64,000 nucleotides of DNA from a virus. Location: positions 1 through 64,000 of IMG/VR virus record IMGVR_UViG_3300012347_000452; one strand, 5' to 3'. A model generated the notes under the pieces. It had not been told where the DNA came from. It worked only from the letters and a program-made list of their open reading frames with translations, and made no database searches. Shown in pieces: positions 29,094 to 37,761 of the stretch (position 1 is its first letter; each line of letters starts with the position of its first letter). Both the position numbers and the translations under genes were made by a program.

Positions 29094-29368
29094 TCGATCA
29101 CCTGCCAGTCTTCGGCGAGCATGTCGCTCTGGCTGGCCAGCCAGCCGGTCAGCACTTTCTTGTCGGCCGTGCGCATCCGGATGGTGCCCAGGGCTTCCAC
29201 CGAGCCGCCGTTCTCTTCAGCGAGTTGCTTCAGATGAGGCTCCTTGCACCACTCGGCAGGAACCGTCGCGGCTGGCATCAGCCACAGGTACATGCCCTTG
29301 CCGTTCCAGCCGGCGCGGCTGACTTTCTTGCCCTGCTTGAGGGCTTCAATGGCCTGTCCAAAATTCAT
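29090..29368 (-). CDS. DUF2829 / Tad2-like immune-signal sponge
   Basis: MNFGQAIEALKQGKKVSRAGWNGKGMYL..GWLASQSDMLAEDW. Confidence 0.85.
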   Translation of the reverse strand: MNFGQAIEALKQGKKVSRAGWNGKGMYLWLMPAATVPAEWCKEPHLKQLAEENGGSVEALGTIRMRTADKKVLTGWLASQSDMLAEDWQVIE

Positions 29369-30027
29369 GGGTTCTCCTTGTATGTGTCCGGCGTGCGGAC
29401 GATTTCGATCTTTTCGCGATAGCGCTTCTCGATGTAGAGGTTGGGCGCCAGGTCGGGCACCATGTCGGTGTGGGTTGTGGCCACCATCAGCGTCGCACCC
29501 ATCTTTCGGGCGATCTTCTGGAGGTTGAAGGCGATGACCTTGGCGGTCGTGCGATCCAGCACGGCCAGGAACTCGTCTGCGATCCAAACCTTCGCGCCCG
29601 ACTCGATCAGCTTGGCCAACTTGAAGCGGTAGCGCTGGCCGTCGGAGAGCTCCTGGGGCTTGCGCACGAAGAGGTAGGCGTCGTTCAGCCCCGCGATGGA
29701 CAGCAGGTTGAGCGCGGCGCTGGTGTCACGGCCGATCTGGTCGATCAGCGGCTTGGTGGCGTCGAGCGGCACCTCGTCGATGTCCGAAACTTGCAGGCCC
29801 TTTGCGGACATCTGCACCTTCAGCTCATGCAGTGCCAGGGACTTGCCCGAGCCGGATTGGCCCGTGATGTAGACCACGTCGCCCTGATCGATCTCGATGG
29901 GCTGGTTCTCGAAGACCACGAACTCCTTGTCGTCCAGGCCCAGCCCGAAGGCTTCGGCGATCTCAAGCACCCGGTCGGTGCGGCTGACGTGCGACTTGAA
30001 TCGTCGGTCCAGGTGGTAAGTGCTCAT
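29365..30027 (-). CDS. Stand-alone ABC ATPase
   Basis: GQSGSGKS, LSDGQRYR signature, WIADEF, ATTH. Confidence 0.9.
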   Translation of the reverse strand: MSTYHLDRRFKSHVSRTDRVLEIAEAFGLGLDDKEFVVFENQPIEIDQGDVVYITGQSGSGKSLALHELKVQMSAKGLQVSDIDEVPLDATKPLIDQIGRDTSAALNLLSIAGLNDAYLFVRKPQELSDGQRYRFKLAKLIESGAKVWIADEFLAVLDRTTAKVIAFNLQKIARKMGATLMVATTHTDMVPDLAPNLYIEKRYREKIEIVRTPDTYKENP

Positions 30028-30152
30028 ATCCGGCGGTCCCTCCAATAGATGCTGATGAGACGGATGCCGACCCACAGGCCGAAGAGCGAGAGCATCACGC
30101 CGGGGATGGCCAGGATGGACAGGGCCACGAAGAGGGGGAATGGAACGATCAT
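30024..30152 (-). CDS. 42 aa membrane peptide
   Basis: MIVPFPLFVALSILAIPGVML..., ATGA overlaps at both ends; below the ORF-track cut-off. Confidence 0.55.
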   Translation of the reverse strand: MIVPFPLFVALSILAIPGVMLSLFGLWVGIRLISIYWRDRRI

Positions 30153-30811
30153 TCTTGACTCACGGGTGACTGAGCGTCCATGACGCTTTTGATGAACTTC
30201 ACGAAGGCGTCGGCGCCGGTTGCGCCCATCTCCGCTTCGATCTGGGCCATGAACCGGGCCACATGACGTTCGTCGGCGCCAGGAATCTCCTTGAAGCCGA
30301 GCGCCTTGTCGATCTTGACGGACCGAGCATCGACCTCGGCGACCTTCTGGGCACTCTCTTCGCCCTGTCGGGCCACCTCGACCTCGATGTCGTCCACGAA
30401 CGCATCGGCGTTGAAGTCGCCCAGGTCGGCCTCCATGAATTCGAGCTCCTTCTTGTCGAAGATGCCTTCGAGGTCGAAGTCCAGGTCTGCGAGCTCCTTC
30501 TGGAGGATGGCGCTGTCGATGTCGGACAGAGCCACGCGGTTGTCGGCCAGGCGGTAGGCGCGCTGGGCGGCTTCCGACAGGTTATCGATCACCTTGATGG
30601 GTACGTCCTTGAGTCCCAGCTTGATCGCGGCCAGGCGCCGGCCGTGGCCCGCGAGGATCACGCCCTTCTCGTTCACGACGATGGGGTTGCCGACCCAGCC
30701 GAACTCCTTGATGGAGTGGGCGATCTTCTCGACCTGCTTGTCGTTGTGAATCTTGGCGTTCTGCTCGTAGGGGATGATCGTGTCGATCGTCCAGGTCTTG
30801 GTCTTGCTCAT
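30149..30811 (-). CDS. ParB/Srx N-terminal domain protein
   Basis: PYEQNAKIH..SIKEFGW..ILAGHGRRLAA..YRLADNR. Confidence 0.9.
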   Translation of the reverse strand: MSKTKTWTIDTIIPYEQNAKIHNDKQVEKIAHSIKEFGWVGNPIVVNEKGVILAGHGRRLAAIKLGLKDVPIKVIDNLSEAAQRAYRLADNRVALSDIDSAILQKELADLDFDLEGIFDKKELEFMEADLGDFNADAFVDDIEVEVARQGEESAQKVAEVDARSVKIDKALGFKEIPGADERHVARFMAQIEAEMGATGADAFVKFIKSVMDAQSPVSQE

Positions 30812-30984
30812 GCTGCGTTTCTCCAGAAGTCCTTGAACTCCTCGATGGTCATGTCCTCGACATCGGAAGTGCGGTCTTCCTCTTCTTCGTAGGGCTCGAA
30901 ATTGCAGGCGTCCTCGCACTCTTCACACTGGAAGGGGTCGAACGCCTTGTTCATGCAGTCTTCGCACTCGGGAAACTTGTTCAT
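30808..30984 (-). CDS. Small acidic Cys-rich (Zn-binding) protein
   Basis: CEDC..CEEC..C followed by a D/E-rich tail; GAGG RBS. Confidence 0.65.
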   Translation of the reverse strand: MNKFPECEDCMNKAFDPFQCEECEDACNFEPYEEEEDRTSDVEDMTIEEFKDFWRNAA

Positions 30985-30997
30985 GGCCTTGACCTCC

Positions 30998-31651
30998 TCA
31001 GTGCTCTTCTCGCGAAAGGAGGTGGACCAGTGCGTTGCCGGCGTTAGAAAGTGAATCTTCATCGGTGAATCTCTGTTCTTTCATCGTCTTTTCGATCAAG
31101 TCAGTGATGACTGAGACATCATCCACAGGCACTTTGAAGCGCATGATCTGGTGGGTCTGTGCGGGCTTGGTCGCCGCGCTCTTGGGGAGTTCTTCATCAT
31201 CCGGGAGGTCAAGATCGTCCAGCGATATATTGACGCTTGAGAAGATCGACGCGAAGTCGCTTTCGGAGAACGGCATGAACGACGCCAATTCCTCAGCACC
31301 CACCCCGATGTCATCGAGCAGCTCGGCCAACTGGAGCGTGTCGTCGGCACCGTACCGGCCGTTGTCCACCAGGCTGATCTCTTTTGCCTTCTTGTCGGAG
31401 ATTCGGCCCAGGTTGACGACCGGCACCTCGGCGAGCTTCATCGATTTGGAGCCCTCCCAGCGATGCTGGCCACCGATGATCTGCAAGCCCGCGTCGGTCT
31501 CGCGCACCACGATCGGCTTGAACATGCCGAATCGCTCGATGGAGGCCTCCAGCTTCTGCTGGTTCTCGGGAGACACGACGTTCGTGTTCCAGGGGTTGGG
31601 TGAAAGGCTGCTCGGGGGCAGCATCTCGACCTTGATCTTGTTTGGGGTCAC
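30998..31651 (-). CDS. Second ParB/Srx domain protein
   Basis: PNPWNTN..SIERFG..IIGGQHRW..DNGRYG. Confidence 0.88.
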   Translation of the reverse strand: MTPNKIKVEMLPPSSLSPNPWNTNVVSPENQQKLEASIERFGMFKPIVVRETDAGLQIIGGQHRWEGSKSMKLAEVPVVNLGRISDKKAKEISLVDNGRYGADDTLQLAELLDDIGVGAEELASFMPFSESDFASIFSSVNISLDDLDLPDDEELPKSAATKPAQTHQIMRFKVPVDDVSVITDLIEKTMKEQRFTDEDSLSNAGNALVHLLSREEH

Positions 31652-31713
31652 GGCAAATTTCTTAAGTCACGGGTGACGGGACTATAATCCTTATACGAGC
31701 ACTTGGCAACCAC

Positions 31714-33267
31714 ATGACCACAAATTCTTCCGAAGCGGTGACGATCGCCCATAACGCAGTGATCGCAAAATTGCACGAACCCACCCGTGCCGTGAAACTG
31801 CGTGTTCAGTCGCTGCTGTCCTACAAGGTCGAGGGTGCCGAGCATTCCGCGTCCTTCAAGATGGGCAACTGGGACGGTCGCAGCTCCTTCTTCGACTTTC
31901 GCACCGGCACCTTCCCCGCCGGCTTCGTGAACTTCGTCTCGGGCAACCTGACCCGTGAGGGCTATCGGATCAACCGGGTCCGCAAGCCCCTGCCGCTGCC
32001 CCAGGGTCCGGAGAATCCGAAGGTCGATGTCTTCCCCGACGACCCGCGCTACGACTACCAGATGGACACAGTCAACAGGCTGCTCAAGCACGGCACGATG
32101 ATTGCCCAGGTGGCCACCGGTGGCGGCAAGTCCCGCATCGCCCGCCTGGCGTTCATGCGCATCAACCGCCCCACCCTCTTTCTCACCACGCGCGGCATCC
32201 TCATGTACCAGATGAAGGAGACGTTCGAGAAGGACTTGGGCATTCCCTGCTCGGTGCTGGGTGACGGCCAGTTTGGCCACACCGACAAGGACGGCCGCCA
32301 GTTCATCAAGAAGATGTGCGTGGGCATGGTGCAGACCCTGGTCTCGCGCCTGCAAGAGGCCAACCCCGACGATCCGGTGGACGTGCAGAATCGCCAGACC
32401 GCGATCCGCAACCAGACCATCGCCCTGCTCGGCAAGTTCGAGTTCGTGATCGGCGAGGAAGCCCACGAGGCGTCGGGCAACAGCTATTACGAGATTCTTC
32501 GCCACTGCAAGAACGCCCACTACCGCCTGGCCATCACCGCGACGCCCTTCATGAAGGAAAGCGAGGAGTCGAACATGCGCCTGATGGCCGCGTTCGGCTC
32601 GATCGGCATCAAGGTCTCCGAGAAGCTCCTGATCGACCGGGGCATCCTGGCCAAACCCATCTTCAAGATCATGAGCCTGGCCAACAAGCCCAAGAACCTG
32701 CTGCGCGGCACACCGTGGCAGGGTGCGTACCGGCTGGGCGTGGTCAACAACGAGGACCGCAACAACGCCATCGCGTTCGAGGCTCACCGGGCGGCTGCGA
32801 ACGGCATGTCGGTGATGATCCTGATCCAGCAAAAAGCGCATGGCCACCTCCTCGAGGCTCTGCTGGGCAAGCGCGGGCTCAAAGCGGTGTTCATCGACGG
32901 GGACAACAACCAAGACGAGCGCAAGAAAGCGCTCTCAGACCTCGCCAACGGGTACATCGACGCGCTGATCGGTTCGACCATCCTGGACGTGGGCGTTGAC
33001 GTGCCAGCGGTCGGAATGGTGATCCTGGCAGGTGGGGGCAAGGCCGAGGTCGCGCTGCGCCAGCGCATCGGTCGCGGTCTGCGCGCCAAGAAGCGTGGCC
33101 CGAACATCGCGCTCATCGTGGACTTCTATGACGAGCACAACCGCTACCTGAAGGACCACAGCTTTCAGCGCCTCTCGATCATCAAGGGCACCGAGGGTTT
33201 CGGCGAGAACATCCTTCCCGATGGTGCTGATTTCGACTACAAAGCGCTCGGCCTGGCCACAAAATGA
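31714..33267 (+). CDS. Superfamily 2 helicase (UvsW/Res-like)
   Basis: ATGGGKS, EEAH (DEAH variant), TATP, GVDVP, QRIGRGLR. Confidence 0.92.
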   Translation: MTTNSSEAVTIAHNAVIAKLHEPTRAVKLRVQSLLSYKVEGAEHSASFKMGNWDGRSSFFDFRTGTFPAGFVNFVSGNLTREGYRINRVRKPLPLPQGPENPKVDVFPDDPRYDYQMDTVNRLLKHGTMIAQVATGGGKSRIARLAFMRINRPTLFLTTRGILMYQMKETFEKDLGIPCSVLGDGQFGHTDKDGRQFIKKMCVGMVQTLVSRLQEANPDDPVDVQNRQTAIRNQTIALLGKFEFVIGEEAHEASGNSYYEILRHCKNAHYRLAITATPFMKESEESNMRLMAAFGSIGIKVSEKLLIDRGILAKPIFKIMSLANKPKNLLRGTPWQGAYRLGVVNNEDRNNAIAFEAHRAAANGMSVMILIQQKAHGHLLEALLGKRGLKAVFIDGDNNQDERKKALSDLANGYIDALIGSTILDVGVDVPAVGMVILAGGGKAEVALRQRIGRGLRAKKRGPNIALIVDFYDEHNRYLKDHSFQRLSIIKGTEGFGENILPDGADFDYKALGLATK

Positions 33268-33340
33268 GTCAAGTTTGTTGGTCAGTGGTGACATAGGCGT
33301 GCCTTTGGTTTACAGTGGGCACTTCAACAGAAAGGCCACC

Positions 33341-33535
33341 ATGAACCATGCCCTCATCCTCAACCTGGCCATTGTCGCCCTGATCGTTGCGGCGCTTCTG
33401 ATCACGAGCAATCCGCTTGCCTTGCTGGCCGTCGCCTTCATCCGCGACATGCCGTTCGGGCTGCTTGCTCAGGATGATGAAGAAGAAGCTGATGAAAAGG
33501 GACGCCCTATCGGTTTTGTTCATCATGAGGACTGA
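33341..33535 (+). CDS. Small membrane protein
   Basis: AAGG RBS, hydrophobic N-half, acidic tail ending PIGF. Confidence 0.6.
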   Translation: MNHALILNLAIVALIVAALLITSNPLALLAVAFIRDMPFGLLAQDDEEEADEKGRPIGFVHHED

Positions 33536-33591
33536 AGTTCTCTGATTCACGACCACTTTTGCCATTTCGGTTCGTTTGAACCGTGCTCCAT

Positions 33592-33618
33592 AAGCCCCGT
33601 CATCGGGGCTTTATTTTT
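33592..33618 (+). terminator. Intrinsic terminator
   Basis: AAGCCCCG/CGGGGCTT stem plus T-tract. Confidence 0.75.
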
Positions 33619-33652
33619 GTCACAAATTTTTGTATAAGGTTTGCTGATTTCT

Positions 33653-33661
33653 TGCTATACT
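33653..33661 (+). promoter_or_regulatory. Extended -10 promoter (TGcTATACT)
   Basis: AT-rich intergenic region 40 nt upstream of the 33700 ORF. Confidence 0.55.
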
Positions 33662-33699
33662 ACATTTAGCACTTTTGCTGAAACATACAAGGAAACACC

Positions 33700-34017
33700 A
33701 TGACTGATGCTGAAACCAACCCCGTCGAACCCACGACCGCCGAAGTCAAATCCGTCCCCAAGCGCACCGCCATCGTTCTGGAACCCGAAATCCAGGACCA
33801 GGTCGCCGTTCTGGCTCGCACGCACAAGCTCCCCCAGGGCCTCGTGATCCAGACCATGATCGACATGGTCCGCGACAAACCCGAGTTCATCGCCGCACTG
33901 CAAGCCAAGCGCGTGGAGAAGGTCAGCAACCGCACCGGCAAGACCGCTCTGCTCAAGCGTCTGGCCAAACTCTCGGCCGAAGAGCTGGAAGCGCTCACCA
34001 GCAACATCAAGGTCTGA
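33700..34017 (+). CDS. Ribbon-helix-helix-like DNA-binding protein
   Basis: KRTAIVLEPEIQDQVAVLARTHKLPQGLVIQTMID; AAGGA RBS. Confidence 0.65.
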   Translation: MTDAETNPVEPTTAEVKSVPKRTAIVLEPEIQDQVAVLARTHKLPQGLVIQTMIDMVRDKPEFIAALQAKRVEKVSNRTGKTALLKRLAKLSAEELEALTSNIKV

Positions 34018-34021
34018 GCCT

Positions 34022-34414
34022 GTGACCCCCGAACAGTACCTGGCACTCGCTCGTCGCAGCGGGGCCACTGTTTACACGAACCGCCACTACCCGCTTCAGC
34101 CGGCGGTGGCATTCAGCCACTCCGCGTGGTTGAAGTTCTGCGCCCTGATCGATCAGTCACCCGTGACCCACGCGGATGATCCATGCCCAGGGTGCAGGCC
34201 GGGGGGTGTCTGCCGTACTCCGAGCTGCGGACGCTTGTCGAAGATGAACCTGGCCAAAGCCACGAACGTCGATGACCGGCTCTCTGAAGCGCTTGAGAAG
34301 AACGGTGGCAAGACCGGCTGGCCACCTGGACTGCTCCAGGACGACTCTCGCGGGCTCTCGAAGTGGTTTGCCACTCGTCCCGATGCTCTCTACACACTGA
34401 GGAACTCAAAATGA
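34022..34414 (+). CDS. Hypothetical protein
   Basis: Operon packing; CPGC..C..C motif. Confidence 0.55.
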   Translation: MTPEQYLALARRSGATVYTNRHYPLQPAVAFSHSAWLKFCALIDQSPVTHADDPCPGCRPGGVCRTPSCGRLSKMNLAKATNVDDRLSEALEKNGGKTGWPPGLLQDDSRGLSKWFATRPDALYTLRNSK

Positions 34415-34617
34415 CCGAAGGCGAAATTATCTTCATTGGCGGCATCTTCGGCACGATCGTGCTCGTTGTCGCGATGGTTCTGGGCTACCACCTTTACACC
34501 AACTCGTTGAACCGCCAGGCCTACCTCGAGTGTCTGAGGACCGCCGAGCGAATCAACGAGAATGACCACAGCCAAGGCGTTCGCATCACATCGGTCCCAA
34601 GCTGCTATCTGCGATGA
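34411..34617 (+). CDS. Small membrane protein
   Basis: GAGG RBS, N-terminal TM helix, ATGA overlaps. Confidence 0.6.
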   Translation: MTEGEIIFIGGIFGTIVLVVAMVLGYHLYTNSLNRQAYLECLRTAERINENDHSQGVRITSVPSCYLR

Positions 34618-34931
34618 ACACCTCGGCACACAAGCCGGAGCTCTGGCAGTTCCGATGGTTGAACCCAAGCGGGGAACCCCAACCCGCCTCGGTACTGGAG
34701 TGGAAGATCGTCGAACCGCTCTGGAACCAAACGGTCGAGCAAAAGTGCGCGGAGCTTCTCGCCTTCCGGTACAAGAACAAGCCGATGTACGAGGTCAGGG
34801 GGCTCTACGCCCATTCGCCATTCGCGAACAGCGAACAGACCGTCGTCATCGACCGAGCCTGCTTCGAGCGGGGCTGTCCCTGCCATGACGTTGGCGACAA
34901 AGACGCCGTCATCGTTCGGAGCGTCCCATGA
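34614..34931 (+). CDS. Hypothetical protein
   Basis: ATGA overlaps on both sides. Confidence 0.6.
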   Translation: MNTSAHKPELWQFRWLNPSGEPQPASVLEWKIVEPLWNQTVEQKCAELLAFRYKNKPMYEVRGLYAHSPFANSEQTVVIDRACFERGCPCHDVGDKDAVIVRSVP

Positions 34932-35113
34932 CCGACCAACCGATCCTGGGCTACGACAAAGCGGGCCAACCCATCTACGAGACCAAGCGGGGCTTCATCT
35001 ACACGGCCGCGTGCATCCTGTGCTCTGAGTGCAAGACCGTGATCCGGGGAATGGGCGGCCCGAAGCACGGAAGCACCTGCGTGCCCTGCCACGACGCGAG
35101 GAAGCACTCATGA
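34928..35113 (+). CDS. Small Zn-finger protein
   Basis: CSEC..CVPC; ATGA overlaps. Confidence 0.6.
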   Translation: MTDQPILGYDKAGQPIYETKRGFIYTAACILCSECKTVIRGMGGPKHGSTCVPCHDARKHS

Positions 35114-35496
35114 GAGTTCTGGTGTGTGGTGGACGCGACTTCACCGACTCGGCTTTCGTGGACTGGGTGCTCGACACACTTCACAAGCGAAAGCCCATCA
35201 CGATCGTCATCCACGGGTGTGCACAGGGCGCTGACACGCTCGGGGAGAAATGGGCCGCCAGGCAGGACGGTGTCACCTCTTACGGGGTGCCTGCGGACTG
35301 GAAGAAGCATGGTCAACGTGCGGGGTTTGTGCGCAATCGACTCATGCTCGAACATGGCAAGCCAGAACTGATCGTTGCGTTCGAGGGAGGTGCCGGCACA
35401 CGGGACATGACGACTGCGGCGACAGCCGCCGGAGTCAAAGTCCTGTTCGCCGAGAAGCTCCGCTCTCACTTCGACGCAAGGCCGCCGTGGGAGTGA
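35110..35496 (+). CDS. SLOG family protein (DUF2493/YspA-like)
   Basis: MRVLVCGGRDF, IHGCAQGAD, PADWKKHG..RNRLM, AFEGGAGT. Confidence 0.88.
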   Translation: MRVLVCGGRDFTDSAFVDWVLDTLHKRKPITIVIHGCAQGADTLGEKWAARQDGVTSYGVPADWKKHGQRAGFVRNRLMLEHGKPELIVAFEGGAGTRDMTTAATAAGVKVLFAEKLRSHFDARPPWE

Positions 35497-35794
35497 TGTT
35501 CACCTATAAGGATAGAGGTATCGGGTATCGGGAAATGGGGGCCGGGGTGTGGGGTCTGGAGCCGATGTATAAGGATTGGTCCCTGGGGTCTGGGGCCTGT
35601 GTAAGGATCGGTCTGGGGAGGTGGAAGACGAGGAAGGGGTCGCTCACGCACCGATAGCTTTTTTCTAAGACTATCGGTTTCTCATAGGTTTTTACAATGT
35701 ATGCGCGATGACCATCACACCGAAAACACCTACCACAAAAAGACACCAATTGAAAGCATTATCTGACATAATTTTCACCTCTTTTTTGACAACC

Positions 35795-35818
35795 GACTGA
35801 CACTGTAAGGTGTCAGTC
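35795..35818. terminator. Inverted repeat at the transcription convergence point (probable terminator)
   Basis: GACTGACAC-tgtaag-GTGTCAGTC, 13 nt from the stop of the minus-strand gene. Confidence 0.55.
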
Positions 35819-35831
35819 AGTCACTCATGAA

Positions 35832-36512
35832 TTACTTATAAAAAGCAATAATTGCTTCAGCTTTGTCGTTTTGCTTGAATGATATCGCATCATTCTTTTT
35901 AGCTTTAATGACATTACAAATGTCTAAAAACCTAAGCATTTGACGCGATGACGACAATTGAGTCGTCGCGGTGTTTTCACTGACATTCAAGAGTGCTCGA
36001 ACATTCTGAACCTGTTCAGTCTCAGAGTAAACGACCGTTTTTGTAAGTGACATCAGACCTGACTTATTTGTCAGTGTTTCATTCTTTGTAAGATTGAAAA
36101 GAATGCTATTTGTATAAGGGTCTAACTCGCTTTTTTGCTTTGTTGCAAGTGCATAAATGCAATCGCGTATTTTGGTTATCACTTTCAACGCTACATAATT
36201 TTCTGAACCTTTAGTACCTGTTTTTATTGCATTTGCAAGAGTTACAAGCGATTCAGGTGAAGTAAAACCGTTTTTAATAACATGTTCGATTTGCACCGCA
36301 AAACGAGCACTTTTTATCTCATTCAAGTCTGAGATTATCGTTTTGCACTTTGCGTTTTCAGGTTGTGCTTTTCTGAACTCGCATGCATCAATGAATGCTT
36401 GCTGAATTGCTTTGTAGTCAACCGCTTGAACCGCGTCAACCGCTTGCACTACTAGTGGTGTCTTGGTGGTCTTGGTGGTCTTGGTGGTCTTGGTGGTGGT
36501 CTTGGTAGACAT
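35832..36512 (-). CDS. AT-rich protein with TKT-repeat N-terminus and putative C-terminal winged helix; distant paralog of 48295-49134
   Basis: GAGG RBS, 226 aa open frame in AT-rich DNA, motif alignment with the 48 kb ORF. Confidence 0.75.
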   Translation of the reverse strand: MSTKTTTKTTKTTKTTKTPLVVQAVDAVQAVDYKAIQQAFIDACEFRKAQPENAKCKTIISDLNEIKSARFAVQIEHVIKNGFTSPESLVTLANAIKTGTKGSENYVALKVITKIRDCIYALATKQKSELDPYTNSILFNLTKNETLTNKSGLMSLTKTVVYSETEQVQNVRALLNVSENTATTQLSSSRQMLRFLDICNVIKAKKNDAISFKQNDKAEAIIAFYK

Positions 36513-36899
36513 AGAAACCTCATAAGTTGAATTGTGCAAAATCGCACTTTATGCGCACGAAAACCATGCGCATAAAATGAGACTTTAGATTTTTAAAGAA
36601 CTTCAGTGATGCACCGCGATGAGTGCATGAGTCAAATTATACATGCTTTTTTTGTGCAAACGGTGACTTTTTTCACCTTGCACAAAAAAAATGTGAAAAG
36701 ACCTGATTTTCAGCAAATCGATTTAAACGCGTTTTAAGGTGCTTTTTAGCGGTTTTTGTGCGAGTTGATACAGATGCACCAGACACCTCGAAAAAATCGA
36801 TTGTAGAGCGTTCTGGTGGGTTTGAGTACTTTTGTGCAACGACTCAATTTTCACAAAATAGTTGGTACGGTTTTTGAATGCACGCAAAGTGCATTTTGT

Positions 36900-37110
36900 G
36901 ACTGAACAGTATTTTTCCTACTGAACGGTCTGGTTTTCGACTGAACCGACCAGTCGGCAAATAGGCGGTCTGGTTTGCTACTGAACGGTCTGGTTTCTGA
37001 CTGAACTGTTCAGTAGGCGACTGAACGGTCTATTCGGCGACTGCACCGACCAGTAGGCGACCAGGCGGTCGTTCGGCAACTAGGCGGTCGGCAGGCGACC
37101 GAGCGGTCTG
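36900..37110. repeat. Degenerate ~20-bp tandem array (iteron/operator-like), about 10 units
   Basis: CTGAAC at 36902, 36921, 36941, 36981, 37001, 37021; ACTGAACTGTTCAGT palindrome at 37000-37014. Confidence 0.85.
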
Positions 37111-37139
37111 CGCACGACCTGCGCTCGTCCTAACCTGCG

Positions 37140-37400
37140 CGTACTTCGTCCTAGCCGTACCCCTACTTCGACCCAGCCGTACTCCTAAACTCGTCCTTAC
37201 TTCGGTCCACCCGTACTCCGAGGCATCCCTAGGCAAGCCCTTGGATCGTTCCTTGGACGCATCCTTGGATGACGCCCTAGGCAAGCCCTTGGATCGCCTC
37301 TTGGATCGTTCCTAGGCTTCGTGTGCCCCTACGCACACTTCGTTTCGCCCATACATCGCCTAACTTCACCCTACCCGTACTCCGAGGCATTCCTAGGGCG
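37140..37400. repeat. CCWWGG/CCGTACTCC array 1
   Basis: CCWWGG at 37228, 37239, 37251, 37263, 37276, 37287, 37311, 37392. Confidence 0.85.
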
Positions 37401-37412
37401 AGAACGATGCTG

Positions 37413-37437
37413 AAAAACCGAGCTTGGGTGCTCGGTT
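37413..37437 (-). terminator. Cassette terminator 1
   Basis: AACCGAGC-6-GCTCGGTT plus T-tract. Confidence 0.7.
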
Positions 37438-37443
37438 CGGTGC

Positions 37444-37761
37444 TTACATGTCCAAGTCAGTCGCGCTCATGTTGGACATCTCAGCAAGCGCTTCACGGTA
37501 GGAGTCGTGTTTGCTGAATGCGATCAAGTCCCCTACCTTGTCGTCAACCGAGTTGGTGATTCCAATGAACCAGAACTCTGTGTTTCCATTTGTGATCTCA
37601 ACGATCGCGTAGTCGTTTCCATCGTTCGCGGTGAATAGGACTCGAACCTGCTCATCTTGAGTTTTCCAAAAGCTCATTAGCTGTCGAAAGATGGAAAGGT
37701 TGTGACCGTAGGGGTTGGTATGAAATGCGTCGCGAAGGTCGCTGAAAGTTTGGAAGCGCAT
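37444..37761 (-). CDS. Small acidic hypothetical (early cassette A)
   Basis: Own TATAAT promoter and terminator. Confidence 0.7.
   Translation of the reverse strand: MRFQTFSDLRDAFHTNPYGHNLSIFRQLMSFWKTQDEQVRVLFTANDGNDYAIVEITNGNTEFWFIGITNSVDDKVGDLIAFSKHDSYREALAEMSNMSATDLDM

Noticed and set aside
30149-31651. Plasmid ParAB partition locus
   Set aside because: No ParA in the window; these ParB/Srx proteins sit with an ABC ATPase, GNAT and terminase
32452-32466. Inactive helicase because of EEAH instead of DEAH
   Set aside because: Conservative substitution with all other motifs intact; no evidence of decay
35832-36512. AT-rich gene as a simple horizontally acquired moron
   Set aside because: The word-exclusion rule extends into both flanks, it carries the phage's GATTTT hairpin, and it has a paralog at 48 kb
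35640-36900. Protelomerase (telRL) site
   Set aside because: No long perfect palindrome and no protelomerase gene seen
36900-37110. CRISPR mini-array
   Set aside because: Units are contiguous, degenerate 20-mers without unique spacers, and no cas genes are present
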